From: Macrostomum lignano | Lineage: Eukaryota | Direction of reading: 5' to 3' | DNA: 64,000 nt | NCBI GenBank assembly: GCA_002269645.1 | Contig: NIVC01000594.1 | Location: 434,001 to 498,000, forward strand | In this document: positions 1 to 12,306 of the stretch, piece after piece | Position numbering within the stretch: position 1 is the stretch's first letter | Layout of the letters: the number at the start of each line of letters is the position of its first letter | Notes under the pieces: generated by a model | What the model saw: only the letters and a program-made list of their open reading frames with translations | What the model was told of the DNA's origin: nothing | The model's database searches: none | Made by a program: the position numbers and the translations under genes

Positions 1-568
1 AGATAGTGGAAGATTGGGTAGATAATGGGAAGATTGGGTAGATAGTGGGAAGATTGGGTAGATAGTGGGAAGATTGGGTAGATAGGGGAAGATTGGGTAG
101 ATAGTGGAAGATTGGGTAGATAATGGGAAGATTGGGTAGATAGTGGGAAGATTGGGTAGATAGTGGGAAGATTGGGTAGATAGTGGAAGATTGGGTAGAT
201 AGTGGAAGATTGGGTAGATAGTGGAAGATTGTGTAGATAGTGGGAAGATTGGGTAGATAGTGGGAAGATTGGGTAGATAGTGGGAAGCTTGGGTAGATAG
301 TGGGAAGATTGGGTAGATATTGGGAAGATTGGGTAGATAGTGGGAAGATTGCGTAGATAGAGGTATCAGGTAGATTGGGTAGATAGTGGGAAGATTGGGT
401 AGATAGTGGGAAGATTGGGTAGATAGTGGGAAGGTTGGTTAGATAGGGGAAGATTGGGTAGATAGTGGGAAGATTGGGTAGATAGTGGGAAGATTGGGTA
501 GATATTGGCAAGATTGGGTAGATAGTGGGAAGATTGGGTAGATAGTGGGAAGGTTGGGTAGATAGGAG
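1..568. repeat. Minisatellite, 20-bp unit AGATAGTGGGAAGATTGGGT (runs off window start; intronic to the gene at 638)
   Basis: About 28 near-identical units read directly; ends about 70 bp before the AG acceptor at 636-637. Confidence 0.95.
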
Positions 569-637
569 ATTAGAAATGGTTTGGGAAGAGAATCAAGCCA
601 CCAAAAGACTTTATCCCCCCCCCCCCCACCTTCTCAG

Positions 638-1992
638 CCTGTCGGTCTCGCGCGCCTTCCGCATCCGCTACCTGAAGCACCTGCCAGCCGCCGGCAACAA
701 CTGGAGCATCTCTGAGCAGTCGGTCCGCAGTCTGGACGACGTCGTCAGGCACCTCTGCGATGGCGTCGCTGGTCGCCCAGCCTCTGGCGGCGTCGAGACG
801 CACTCGTCGCTGTCGCTGAAGGCGGGGTCGAGCGAACCGGGTGGCGGAGCGGCGGCCATGGCCACCGGCGTCTCCGCGGCCTCGGCTGCCTCCGGGTCAA
901 CTTCCGTAACGGCTGGGATCCTCGGCGACGATCCCGGAGCTACCGATGCTGCCGCCGGTGGTCTCCTTGCCGACCCGGCTGGTCAGCAGATCTCTAACGA
1001 AGACTTCGAGGCGTCGATCTCAGTGACCCTGCTGCTGGGGGACAGGTACCAGCATCACCAGCGGCGGAAGGCCGAGTCGCAGGCTCGGGCCCGGCTGGCT
1101 GCCATCGCGGCCGCTTCGGCGGCGGCTGCTGCTAGCGGCGGGTTGCAGCTGCGGGCGGTGGTCACCGAGCTCGGCGACTCCAGCCATCGCCAGCTGGTTG
1201 CCTGTCTGCGACCGGCTGGCACGGAGGACGACTGGCAGGTGAGCCTGAGAATATTAGCCACTGCTTGAGCAAGCCGGAGAATCTGCCCCCAAATCTCACC
1301 TGAGAATCGGTCTCAAATCTCACCTGAGAATCGGTCTCAAATCTCACCTGAGAGTCGCCTCAAATCTCATCTCAGAACCGGCCCGAATCTCACCAAAGAA
1401 TCGCCTCAAATCTCATCTCAGAATCTGGCCGAATCTCACCAGAGAATCTTCTCAAATCTCTTCTGAGAATCGCCTCAAATTTCACCTGAGAATTGCTTAA
1501 AATCTCACCTGAGAATTGCTTAAAATCTCACCTGAGAACCGCTTATAATCCCATCTGAGAATCGCCTGAAATCTTTACCTGAGAATCACCCCAAATCTCA
1601 CCTGAGAATCACCCCAAATCTCACCTGAGAACCATCCCAAATCTCATCTGAGAATCACCCCAAATCTCACCTGAGAATCACCCCAAATCTCACTTGAGAA
1701 TCACCCCAAATCTCACCTGAGAATCGCCCTAAATCTCACCTGAGAATCGCCCTAAATCTCACCTGAGAATCGCCCCTCCAAATACCTGCAGGCGGGCTGG
1801 AAAGAGGCCCTTGGCGAACACCGCCGTGAAGCCACCGGGCAGCGCAAGCTTCTCGACCGACTTCGCCGTTGGCTCACTGATTTCCGAGCGAAACGCCGTC
1901 AAAGCGTCGCCCTGGTCTTCCTGGTCGGCATTGGAGACGACAGCGGCGGAGGCAGCGGCCTCTGCCCGCCTTTGGTGTTCCTGCCGACTTGA
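638..1992 (+). CDS. Last two coding exons (638-1238, 1792-1992) of an unidentified gene whose 5' part lies outside the window
   Basis: Acceptor ttctcag|C (phase 2), donor CAG|gtgagc at 1239 (phase 0), acceptor cctgcag|GCG at 1792. The frame continues ...TEDDWQ|AGWKEALGEHRRE...PPLVFLPT to TGA at 1990-1992. GC-rich codon usage like the other exons. I do not recognise the protein family. Confidence 0.7.
1288..1780. repeat. Intronic minisatellite, about 23-bp unit AAATCTCACCTGAGAATCACCCC
   Basis: Fills almost the whole 1239-1791 intron; contains a TCTCA-CC-TGAGA micro-hairpin. Confidence 0.9.
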
Positions 1993-2083
1993 ACCGCATT
2001 GTAGCGACGATTTTATGAAAATGTACATCCACATGTACATATGTATGTGATGGCATTTCCTGTGTGTTCTCGATCATAGATCC

Positions 2084-2883
2084 CCCCGGTATCTCACCAC
2101 TGTCTGTCCCCGGTATCTCACCACTGTCTGTCCCCGGTATCTCACCCTGTTTGTCCCCGGTATCTCACCCCTGTCTGTCCCCGTTATCTCACCTGCGTCT
2201 GACCCCGGTATCTCACCTGTCTCTGACCCCGGTATCTCACCTGTGTCTGTCCCCGCTATCTCACCCCTGTCTGTCCCCGGTATCTCACCCCTGTCTGTCC
2301 CCGGTATCTCACCCCTGTCTGTCCCCGGTATCTCCCCTGTGTCTGTCCCCGGTATCTCATCTGTGTCTGTCCCCGGTATCTCATCTGTGTCTGTCCCCGG
2401 TATCTCCCCTGTGTCTGTCCCCGGTATCTCATCTGTGTCTGTCCCCGGTATGTTACCCCTGTCTGTCCCCGGTATGTTACCGCTGTCTGTCCCCGGTATG
2501 TTACCCCTGTCTGTCCCCGGTATCTCACTCCTGTCTGTCCCCGGTATCTCACCTGTGTCTGTCCCCGGTATCTCACCTGTGTCTGTCCCCGGTATCTCAT
2601 ATGTGTCTGTCCCCGGTATGTTACCCCTGTCTGTCCCCGGTATGTTACCGCTGTCTGTCCCCGGTATGTTACCCCTGTCTGTCCCCGGTATGTTACCCCT
2701 GTCTGTCCCCGGTATCTCACTCCTGTCTGTCCCCGGTATCTCACCTGTGTCTGTCCCCGGTATCTCACCTGTGTCTGTCCCCGGTATCTCATATGTGTCT
2801 GTCCCCGCTATCTCACCCATGTCTGTCCCCGGTATCTCACCTGTGTCTGTCGCCAGTATCTCATCCCTGCGTCTGACCCCGGT
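2084..2883. repeat. Minisatellite, 24-bp unit CCCCGGTATCTCACCCCTGTCTGT
   Basis: About 33 units; source of the 8-aa periodic ORFs 2064..3037. Confidence 0.95.
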
Positions 2884-3511
2884 TTCACCACAAAATCTCA
2901 TTATTCAACCATTGCTGCTGGCACTGAATTGCAAAATAGAATTCCAAAAAGGTGTCAAAAGGTTTTACCAACTAATAATAAACACATTCTGTTCCAATCT
3001 TTTGTTTATTTGCTTAATCACCTTGGCCTGTTTTTAATCGCATTGTATGAAAATTTTATTCCTTTAACAAAACTTACTGGTAATAGAAAATGTGAAAAAT
3101 AATACTTACAGTAGCATGAGTGGCATTTATTTAATGTATGCAAGCTACGCTATGTACACAATAGGCCTGTGCTAGTGGGCACAGTGTTCCCGTAATATCA
3201 ATCGCTTGCAATGCAGCGTGATTTTTTTGCAATCTGCCATGTTTTAACACTGCTATTAAAATCTGCCATGCCAAAGCACTAATCTCATGGTTGCTTGAAG
3301 TTGAATTTAAAGCTTTTGAATAAAATCAACCGAGATTAATCTGTGATTGATTGGGATTTGTGTTTTTTGTTACAACCGTATTTCAATGTCGTGAATATTA
3401 TTTATTAATGTGCCTGGCGTAAATATTGCGTTTTTGTAACTTATTTGAATAATAAGTAAGGTCGCAAGTTCGAATCTCAGTTCTCAAGTAGATAAAGAAT
3501 CGTTTTCCGCT

Positions 3512-4795
3512 TATTCTATTCTACAGAATCAGCCTCACTATCTAATCTATTCTACAGAATCAGCCTCTCTATCTATTCTGTTCTACAGAATCAGCCTCTC
3601 TATCTATTCTGTTCTACAGAATCAGCCTCTCTATCTAATCTATTCTACAGAATCAGCCTCTCTATCTATTCTATCCTACAGAATCAGCCTCTCTATCTAT
3701 TCTGTTCTACAGAATCAGCCTCTCTATCTATTCTGTTCTACAGAATCAGCCTCTCTATCTATTCTGTTTTACAGAATCAGCCTCTCTATCTATTCTGTTC
3801 TACAGAATCAGCCTCTCTATCTATTCTGTTCTACAGAATAAGCCTCTCTATCTATTCTATTCTACAGAATAAGCCTCTCTATCTATTCTATTCTACAGAA
3901 TCAGCCTCTCTATCTATTCTGTTCTACAGAATCAGCCTCTCTATCTATTCTGTTCTACAGAATCAGCCTCTCTATCTATTCTATCCTACATAATCAGCCT
4001 CTCTATCTATTCTATCCTACATAATCAGCCTCTCTATCTATTCTATCCTACATAATCTGCCTCTCTATCTATTCTATTCTACAGAATCTGCCTCTCTATC
4101 TAATCTATTCTACAGAATCAGCCTCTCTATCTATTCTGTCCTACAGTATCAGCCTCTCTATCTATTCTGTTCTACAGAATCAGCCTCTCTATCTATTCTG
4201 TTCTACATAATCAGCCTCTCTATCTATTCTGTTCTACATAATCAGCCTCTCTATCTATTCTATCCTACATAATCAGCCTCTCTATCTATTCTATCCTACA
4301 TAATCTGCCTCTCTATCTATTCTATTCTACAGAATCTGCCTCTCTATCTAATCTATTCTACAGAATCAGCCTCTCTATCTATTCTGTCCTACAGTATCAG
4401 CCTCTCTATCTATTCTGTCCTACAGAATCAGCCTCTCTATCTCATCTATTCTACAGAATCAGCCTCTCTATCTATTCTGTTCTACAGAATCAGCCTCTCT
4501 ATCTATTCTGTTCTACAGAATCAGCCTCTCTATCTAATCTATTCTACAGAATCAGCCTCTCTATCTATTCTATTCTACAGAATCAGCCTCTCTATCTGTT
4601 CTGTTCTACAGAATCAGCCTCCTCTGTTCTACAGAATCAGCCTCTCTATCTATTCTGTTCTACAGAATCAGCCTCCTCTGTTCTACAGAATCAGCCTCTC
4701 TACTATCTACTCTGTTCTACAGAATCAGCCTCTCTACTATCTACTCTGTTCTACAGAATCAGCCTCTCTATCTACTCTGTTCTACAGAATAAACT
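3512..4795. repeat. Minisatellite, 31-bp unit AGAATCAGCCTCTCTATCTATTCTGTTCTAC
   Basis: Period 31 measured (3591 to 3622); about 41 units. Confidence 0.95.
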
Positions 4796-5213
4796 ACATA
4801 ATCTGCCTAGCACCACGCTGTACTTATCTATAAAGTTCTCAGTCTCCCCAAGGTGAAGTTGTCCCATAATTTCGCGAGCATTCCCACTTTCCGCAGAAAA
4901 ACTCTTTTATTCCGGCCTTGGCGCATTTAGATTGGCTAATTTTCTGTTGGGAATTCTCGACAAAATTATATACGCAAAGTCATTCCCAAATATGCGAATG
5001 TGGGCGGGTAGTCGGGTAAAAGTTGTTGGAAAATTTTAGGCTCAGCCATTTGTCTGTCTGTTCGCCTTCATTTGCATGGCAATTTCATTTTGTTTCATTT
5101 GCATTTGGAAAAAAGGAAGCCGAGTTTTGTCTGTCTAAGGTCACGACTGTGTTGCCATTCCGTGCGTGAACTCGGCTGTTAACTGGTAGTTGGAAGACGG
5201 CTGGCTTTTGTTC

Positions 5214-6445
5214 TGGCGCCACAATTAGTGTCAGTTTTGGCGCCACAATCAATGATAGTTTTGGCGCCACAATTAATGTCAGTTCTAGCGCCACAATCAA
5301 TGATAGTTTTGGCGCCACAATTAATATCAGTTCTAGCGCCACAATCAGTGTCAGTTTTGGCGCCACAATCAGTGTCAGTTTTGGCGCCACAATCAGTGTC
5401 AGTTTTGGCGCCACAATCAGTGTCAGTTTTGGCGCCACAATCAGTGTCAGTTTTGGCGCCACAATCAGTGTCAGTTTTGGCGCCACAATCAGTGTCAGTT
5501 TTTGCGCCACAATCAATGCCAGTTTTGGCGCCACAATTAATGCCAGTTCTAGCGCCACAATCAGTGTCAGTTTTGGCGCCACAATCAGTGTCAGTTTTGG
5601 CCACAATCAATGCCAGTTTTAGCCACAATCAATGTCAGTTTTGGCGCCACAATTAATGTCAGTTCTAGCGCCACAATCAATGCCAGTTTTAGCGCCACAA
5701 TCAATGCCAGTTTTAGCCACAATCAATGTCAGTTTTGGCGCCACAATCAATGCCAGTTTTAGCGCCACAATCAATGTCAGTTTTGGCGCCACAATCAATG
5801 TCGGTTTTAGCGCCACAATCAATGCCAGTTTTAGCGCCACAATCAATGCCAGTTTTGGCGCCACAATAAATGTCAGTTTTAGCGCCACAATCAATGCCAT
5901 TTTTAGCGCTACAATCAATGCCAGTTTTGGCGCCACAATCAGTGTCACTTTTGGCGCCACAATCAATGCCAGTTTTGGCGCCACAATCAATGCCAGTTTT
6001 AGCGCCACAATCATTGCCAGTTTTGGCGCCACAATCAATGCCAGTTTTAGCCACAATCAATGCCAGTTTTAGCCACAATCAATGCCAGTTTTAGCCACAA
6101 TCAATGCCAGTTTTAGCCACAATCAATGCCAGTTTTAGCCACAATCAATGCCAGTTTTAGCCACAATCAATGCCAGTTTTAGCCACAATCAATGCCAGTT
6201 TTAGCCACAATCAATGCCAGTTTTAGCCACAATCAATGCCAGTTTTAGCCACAATCAATGCCAGTTTTAGCCACAATTAATGCCAGTTTTAGCCACAATC
6301 AATGCCAGTTTTGGCGCCACAATCAATGCCAGTTTTAGCGCCACAATCAATGCCAGTTTTAGCGCCACAATCAATGCCAGTTTTGGCGCCACAATCAATG
6401 CCAGTTTTAGCCACAATCAATGCCAGTTTTAGCCACAATCAATGC
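5214..6445. repeat. Minisatellite, 24-bp unit GGCGCCACAATCAGTGTCAGTTTT grading into 22-bp AGCCACAATCAATGCCAGTTTT
   Basis: Direct reading; source of the 8-aa periodic ORFs 5085..6490. Confidence 0.95.
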
Positions 6446-6916
6446 TTTTTAGCCATAACAGTGCAAAATAAGCGAATGTTACAGAGCTAACATATAGTTA
6501 CTGACATAGCTAACATGTGATCTACGTAATAGTAAAGTTACATAGGTTACACTGTACGCTCGTAGAGTCAGCAGGTTTGCATTTTTCTTTTCCAAGTTCG
6601 AACTGCAAACGGAGCGCCACAAATTCATGCCCTGCAGGAAAGTCCCAAGATCTCTCTTGTTGCAGTGCAGTCGGGGTACATACGAATAATTCACTTTTTT
6701 TGTTATAAGGGAGGCTGATGCCTCGAACATGTACACGCGGTGTAGCAGATGATTGACTGGGGCATGCCGCTAACGGAGAGCGCAGAGACACGCCAAGTCA
6801 CTGCGGTGTGTAGTCAGCAAGGAATTGATGGATGTCTAGGCGAACAGACGCTGAAGAATCGGACAGAGGGTAAGAGAGACAGACAATTAATAGGATACGG
6901 CCGGGTATCGAAATGC

Positions 6917-7110
6917 ATAGACAGACAGACAGACAGGCAGACAGACACAGAAAGACAGACAGGCAGATAGACAGACAGACAGATAGACAGACACAGACAG
7001 ACAGACAGACAGACACAGACAGACGGACAGACAGACAGACAGACAGACGGACAGACAGACACAGAAAGACAGACAGGCAGATAGACAGACAGACAGACAG
7101 ATAGACAGAC

Positions 7111-7145
<35 letters not shown>

Positions 7146-7201
7146 CAGACAGACAGACAGACACAGACAGACACAGACAGACACACACACACACACAGAC
7201 G

Positions 7202-7232
<31 letters not shown>

Positions 7233-7251
7233 ACAGACAGACAGACAGACG

Positions 7252-7282
<31 letters not shown>

Positions 7283-7312
7283 ACAGACAGACAGACAGAC
7301 GGACGGACAGAC
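6917..7312. repeat. Compound (GACA)n microsatellite with GATA/GACG/CA variants
   Basis: Direct reading. Confidence 0.95.
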
Positions 7313-7887
7313 AGGGGGATGAAAACTAAAAAGCCTTGAGCAGCAGATTGCTTGTATTCGGAAAATACTCTATCCAGCCTCTGAAGTCCCGGTGTAATCC
7401 CACTGCCTATTTCCTTCACACGTTCCCCAGCGCTCCAACACCTGTTGCCAGGAGTGCAGAGCAGCCGGGGGGGGGTCTATTTCTATTCTGTTGGAGCAGC
7501 AAATCTGCTTTTGCACTTTCTTATACTCGTAGTTTCGGCTTTGATAGAAGACCTCGCACTGTGACGAGAAGTGGGGTCGGAGAGAGGTGAAGGGGAGCTG
7601 CAGGGTCGTTCGTTGGGCACACAGTGTCCATGGTCATAAATTTACAATCAAATGACCCTTGAAAAAACCTAGATAGCTCAGAGTCCTCTCCATCTTATCT
7701 TAGCTGCTGCTATTGCTGAACGCGCTGCTCAGACGCCATGAAGTTCCCAAGGGGATTGCTGATAGCTGCGTGCTGATCGTTAAGATATTCTCTTTTTGGT
7801 CGGAAATTCTGTCCAGTCTCTTTGACGAAATTTTATCTCAAAACGGTTCATTCTTACGATTTTCGCGTGCAGTAGCGAAATTAAAAT

Positions 7888-9643
7888 GAGGTGTCGATAT
7901 TGGGTGTCCATTGGTGTCGATATTGAGTGTCCATTGGTGTCGATATTGGGTGTCCATTGGTGTCGATATTGGGTGTCCATTGGTGTCGCGATATTGGGTG
8001 TCCATTGGTGTCGATATTGGGTGTCCATTGGTGTCGATATTGGGTGTCCATTGGTGTCGATATTGGGTGTCCATTGGTGTCGATATTGGGTGTCCATTGG
8101 TGTCGCGATATTGGGTGTCCATTGGTGTCGATATTGGGTGTCCATTGGTGTCGATATTGGGTGTCCATTGGTGTCGATATTGGGTGTCCATTGGTGTCGC
8201 GATATTGGGTTCCATTGGTGTCGATATTGGGTGTCCATTGGTGTCGATATTGGGTGTCCATTGGTGTCGATATTGGGTGTCCATTGGTGTCGATATTGGG
8301 TGTCCATTGGTGTCGATATTGGGTGTCCATTGGTGTCGCGATATTGGGTGTCCATTGGTGTCGATATTGGGTGTCCATTGGTGTCGATATTGGGTGTCCA
8401 TTGGTGTCGCGATATTGGGTTCCATTGGTGTCGATATTGGGTGTCCATTGGTGTCGATATTGAGTGTCCATTGGTGTCGATATTGGGTGTCCATTGGTGT
8501 CGATATTGGGTGTCCATTGGTGTCGATATTGGGTGTCCATTGGTGTCGATATTGGGTGTCCATTGGTGTCGATATTGGGTGTCCATTGGTGTCGATATTG
8601 GGTGTCCATTGGTGTCGATATTGGGTGTCCATTGGTGTCGATATTGGGTGTCCATTGGTGTCGATATTTAGTGTCCATTGGTGTCGATATTGGGTGTCCA
8701 TTGGTGTCGCGATATTGGGTGTCCATTGGTGTCGATATTGGGTGTCCATTGGTGTCGATATTGGGTGTCCATTGGTGTCGCGATATTGGGTTCCATTGGT
8801 GTCGATATTGGGTGTCCATTGGTGTCGATATTGGGTGTCCATTGGTGTCGCGATATTGGGTTCCATTGGTGTCGATATTGGATGTCCATTGGTGTCGATA
8901 TTGGGTGTCCATTGGTGTCGCGATATTGGGTTCCATTGGTGTCGATATTGGGTTCCATTGGTGTCGATATTGGATGTCCATTGGTGTCGCGATATTGGGT
9001 TCCATTGGTGTCGATATTGGGTGTCCATTGGTGTCGATATTGAGTGTCCATTGGTGTCGATATTGGGTGTCCATTGGTGTCGATATTGGGTGTCCATTGG
9101 TGTCGATATTGGGTGTCCATTGGTGTCGATATTGGGTGTCCATTGGTGTCGATATTGGGTGTCCATTGGTGTCGATATTGGGTGTCCATTGGTGTCGATA
9201 TTTAGTGTCCATTGGTGTCGATATTGGGTGTCCATTGGTGTCGCGATATTGGGTGTCCATTGGTGTCGATATTGGGTGTCCATTGGTGTCGATATTGGGT
9301 GTCCATTGGTGTCGATATTGGGTGTCCATTGGTGTCGCGATATTGGGTTCCATTGGTGTCGATATTGGGTGTCCATTGGTGTCGATATTGGGTGTCCATT
9401 GGTGTCGCGATATTGGGTGTCCATTGGTGTCGATATTGGATGTCCATTGGTGTCGATATTGGGTGTCCATTGGTGTCGCGATATTGGGTTCCATTGGTGT
9501 CGATATTGGGTGTCCATTGGTGTCGATATTGGGTGTCCATTGGTGTCGATATTGGGTGTCCATTGGTGTCGATATTGGGTGTCCATTGGTGTCGATATTA
9601 TGTGTCCATTGGTGTCGATATTGGGTGTCCATTGGTGTCGATA
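7888..9643. repeat. Minisatellite, 23-bp unit GGTGTCCATTGGTGTCGATATTG (about 76 units)
   Basis: Direct reading; source of all ORFs 7780..9749. Confidence 0.97.
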
Positions 9644-10180
9644 TAAGACGCCAACTCACTACTTCAGTTGTCAGGGCAACTTTGTAAGAGCTCCTAGGTT
9701 TCTATGGGAAAATTGTATCAAAAAACCCGTGTTGACCAGAAGTTTTTGAAAATCATTGCCCAAACTTCTGATCCAGCAGTCCATGGCGCTGCAGGACCCA
9801 CCGACCCCCTGCTACCATTTCAGCAATTATCATGCTTAATTCCATAAAATGATAATGCTTTTCGCTACCTGGGAAGAGGACAGCTCTTAGCAGCAAGCTC
9901 CGCAGGAAGGCTAGCTATGGTCATAAATAAGCTCATGCGCTGCCACGCAGTGGAAGGGGCGGTCAAAAACTTTTATGAGCAGCATTGGTGCAATCAATGT
10001 CAGCACAGCACGTCAGCGCTGTCATAAAACTGCTGCATGGCTGGGTTTATAGCTCAAACACCGCGGAGCATGAGGCTGCAGGAACCAAGTGTAGGACAGT
10101 ACTTTTGCTTGCAGGGACTTTTTTAGCTTATGTGTCTCTCCATGAGTACGTACGGTACTCTCAATTTTCACAACGTCTAA

Positions 10181-11420
10181 CTTTAGGGTTTGTGAAGTTA
10201 AGAGTTTGTGAAGTTTAAGGTTTGTGAAGTCTAATAAGGTTTGTGAAGTTTAGGGTTTGTGAAGTTTAGGGTTTGTGAAGTTAAGGGTTTGTGAAGTTTA
10301 GGGTTTGTGAAGTCTAATAAGGTTTGTGAAGTTTAGGGTTTGTGAAGTTTAGGGTTTGTGAAGTTTAGGGTTTGTGAAGTTTAATGTTTGTGAAGTTTAG
10401 GGTTTGTGAAGATTAGGATTTGCGAAGTTTAGGGTTTGTGAAGTTTAGGGTTTGTGAAGTTTAGGGTTTGTGAAGATTAGGATTTGTGAAGTTTAGGGTT
10501 TGTGAAGTTAAGGGTTTGTGAAGTTTAGGGTTTGTGGAGTTTAAGGTTTGTGAAGTCTAAAAAGGTTTGTGAAGTTTAGGGTTTGTGAAGATTAGGATTT
10601 GCGAAGTTTAGGGTTTGTGAAGTTTAGGGTTTCTGAAGTTTAGGGTTTGTGAAGATTAGGATTTGTGAAGTTTAAGGTTTGTGAAGTTTAGGGTTTGTGA
10701 TGTTTAGGGTTTGTGAAGTTTAGGGTTTGTGAAGTTTAGGGTTTGTGAAGTTTAGGGTTTGTAAAGTTAAGGGTTTGTGAAGTTTAGGGTTTGTGAAGTT
10801 TAGGGTTTGTGAAGTTTAGGGTTTGTGAAGTTAAGGGTTTGTGAAGTTTAGGGTTTGTGGAGTTTAAGGTTTGTGAAGTCTAATAAGGTTTGTGAAGTTT
10901 AGGGTTTGTGAAGTTTAGGGTTTGTGAAGTTTAGGGTTTGTGAAGTTTAATGTTTGTGAAGTTTAGGGTTTGTGAAGATTAGGATTTGCGAAGTTTAGGG
11001 TTTGTGAAGTTTAGGGTTTGTGAAGTTTAATGTTTATGAAGATTAGGATTTGTGAAGTTTAGGGTTTGTGAAGTTTAGGGTTTGTGAAGCTTAATGTTTG
11101 TGAAGTTTAGGGTTTGTGAAGTTTAGGGTTTGTGAAGTTTAATGTTTGTGAAGTTTAAGGTTTGTGAAGTTTAGGGTTTGTGAAGTTTAGGGTTTGTGAA
11201 GCTTAATGTTTGTGAAGTTTAGGGTTTGTGAAGTTTAGAGTTTGTGAAGTTTAGGGTTTGTGAAGATTAGGATTTGTGAAGTTTAGGGTTTGTGAAGTTA
11301 AGGGTTTGTGAAGTTTAGGGTTTGTGAAGTTTAGGGTTTGTGAAGTTTAGGGTTTTTGAAGTTTAGGGTTTGTGAAGCGTAGGGTTTGTGAAGATTAGGA
11401 TTTGCGAAGTTAGGGTTTGT
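10181..11420. repeat. Minisatellite, 16-bp unit GTTTAGGGTTTGTGAA (contains TTAGGG)
   Basis: About 77 units read directly. Confidence 0.95.
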
Positions 11421-12306
11421 AGAATTTTTTAAGCTCATTAAATGCGATTCTTAAGCATATTTTGGATTGAATTTTCGGGTTTTATAATCTTAAAATCGAC
11501 CACCACGAAACTTCAAAATCTCTGAATTTCGCTCTCTAAATGTCGGATGCAAAAACGAGCGTTGAAATTCTCGAAAAAAACTTGCAATTGCGTACACAAG
11601 AAAACGAATGCGGGCGAAAGAACTTCCCCATCCCCAAGGCCCTTCATCACTAAGTTTTCTTCTCCCTTTCTCCCCTCTCTCTTGGGCCCTCCTCTTATCG
11701 CCAAGAACTGATCCTATGCAGCTGCTTGCGGCATTAAATTTTCTGTGTGTACCAACCTCTCCGCGCCCGCTGCTCTGTCTGCAGGCTCTCTCTCCTGGCA
11801 GACGTTGCCATCAAAGCTCCTCAGCCTCTGCGCGCCTCATCCTTATAACCCTCTACCCGTCTGTCTGTTCCCATCCCCCATCGCCAACTCTCTGGGCGAG
11901 GATTGGCTTAGCCAGGACGGGACGCGAGTGATTTAAGAGTTGGAACAAAAAGTACAGAACTGCCTGGCAACCAACCGTTTCACTCACTCAGTCGTTCGTT
12001 CGCTCGCTCACCCTCCAAGGCCTGGAGGACGCTTAAGCCAGTGAGCTCAGTTTGGCAGATTAGCCAAGCAAAAGAAGTACTCATATTTCCTACTTTCCCA
12101 CTGCAGGGGCAGCTCCCATATAGTTCCTGTAAGTCCGCGAACTGCAGAGTGGACTCCATGTTCTGCCCCATTGTTTTAGCATTACTGCCCGACAGTTTGA
12201 CAAAGCCGGAGTAAAATTTCGCTCGCTTTCTGCTAATCTACCTGTCCCTTAGTAACTAGCTCTTACATTTTTGCAGTGGCCTCAAAGTTCTGTAGTTCAC
12301 GACATT

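Noticed and set aside
3455-3490. B-box-like GTTCGAATC suggesting a tRNA or SINE
   Set aside because: No A box at the proper spacing and no cloverleaf.
10181-11420. True telomere or chromosome end
   Set aside because: TTAGGG is interrupted by a fixed 10-bp spacer in each unit and genes lie on both sides.
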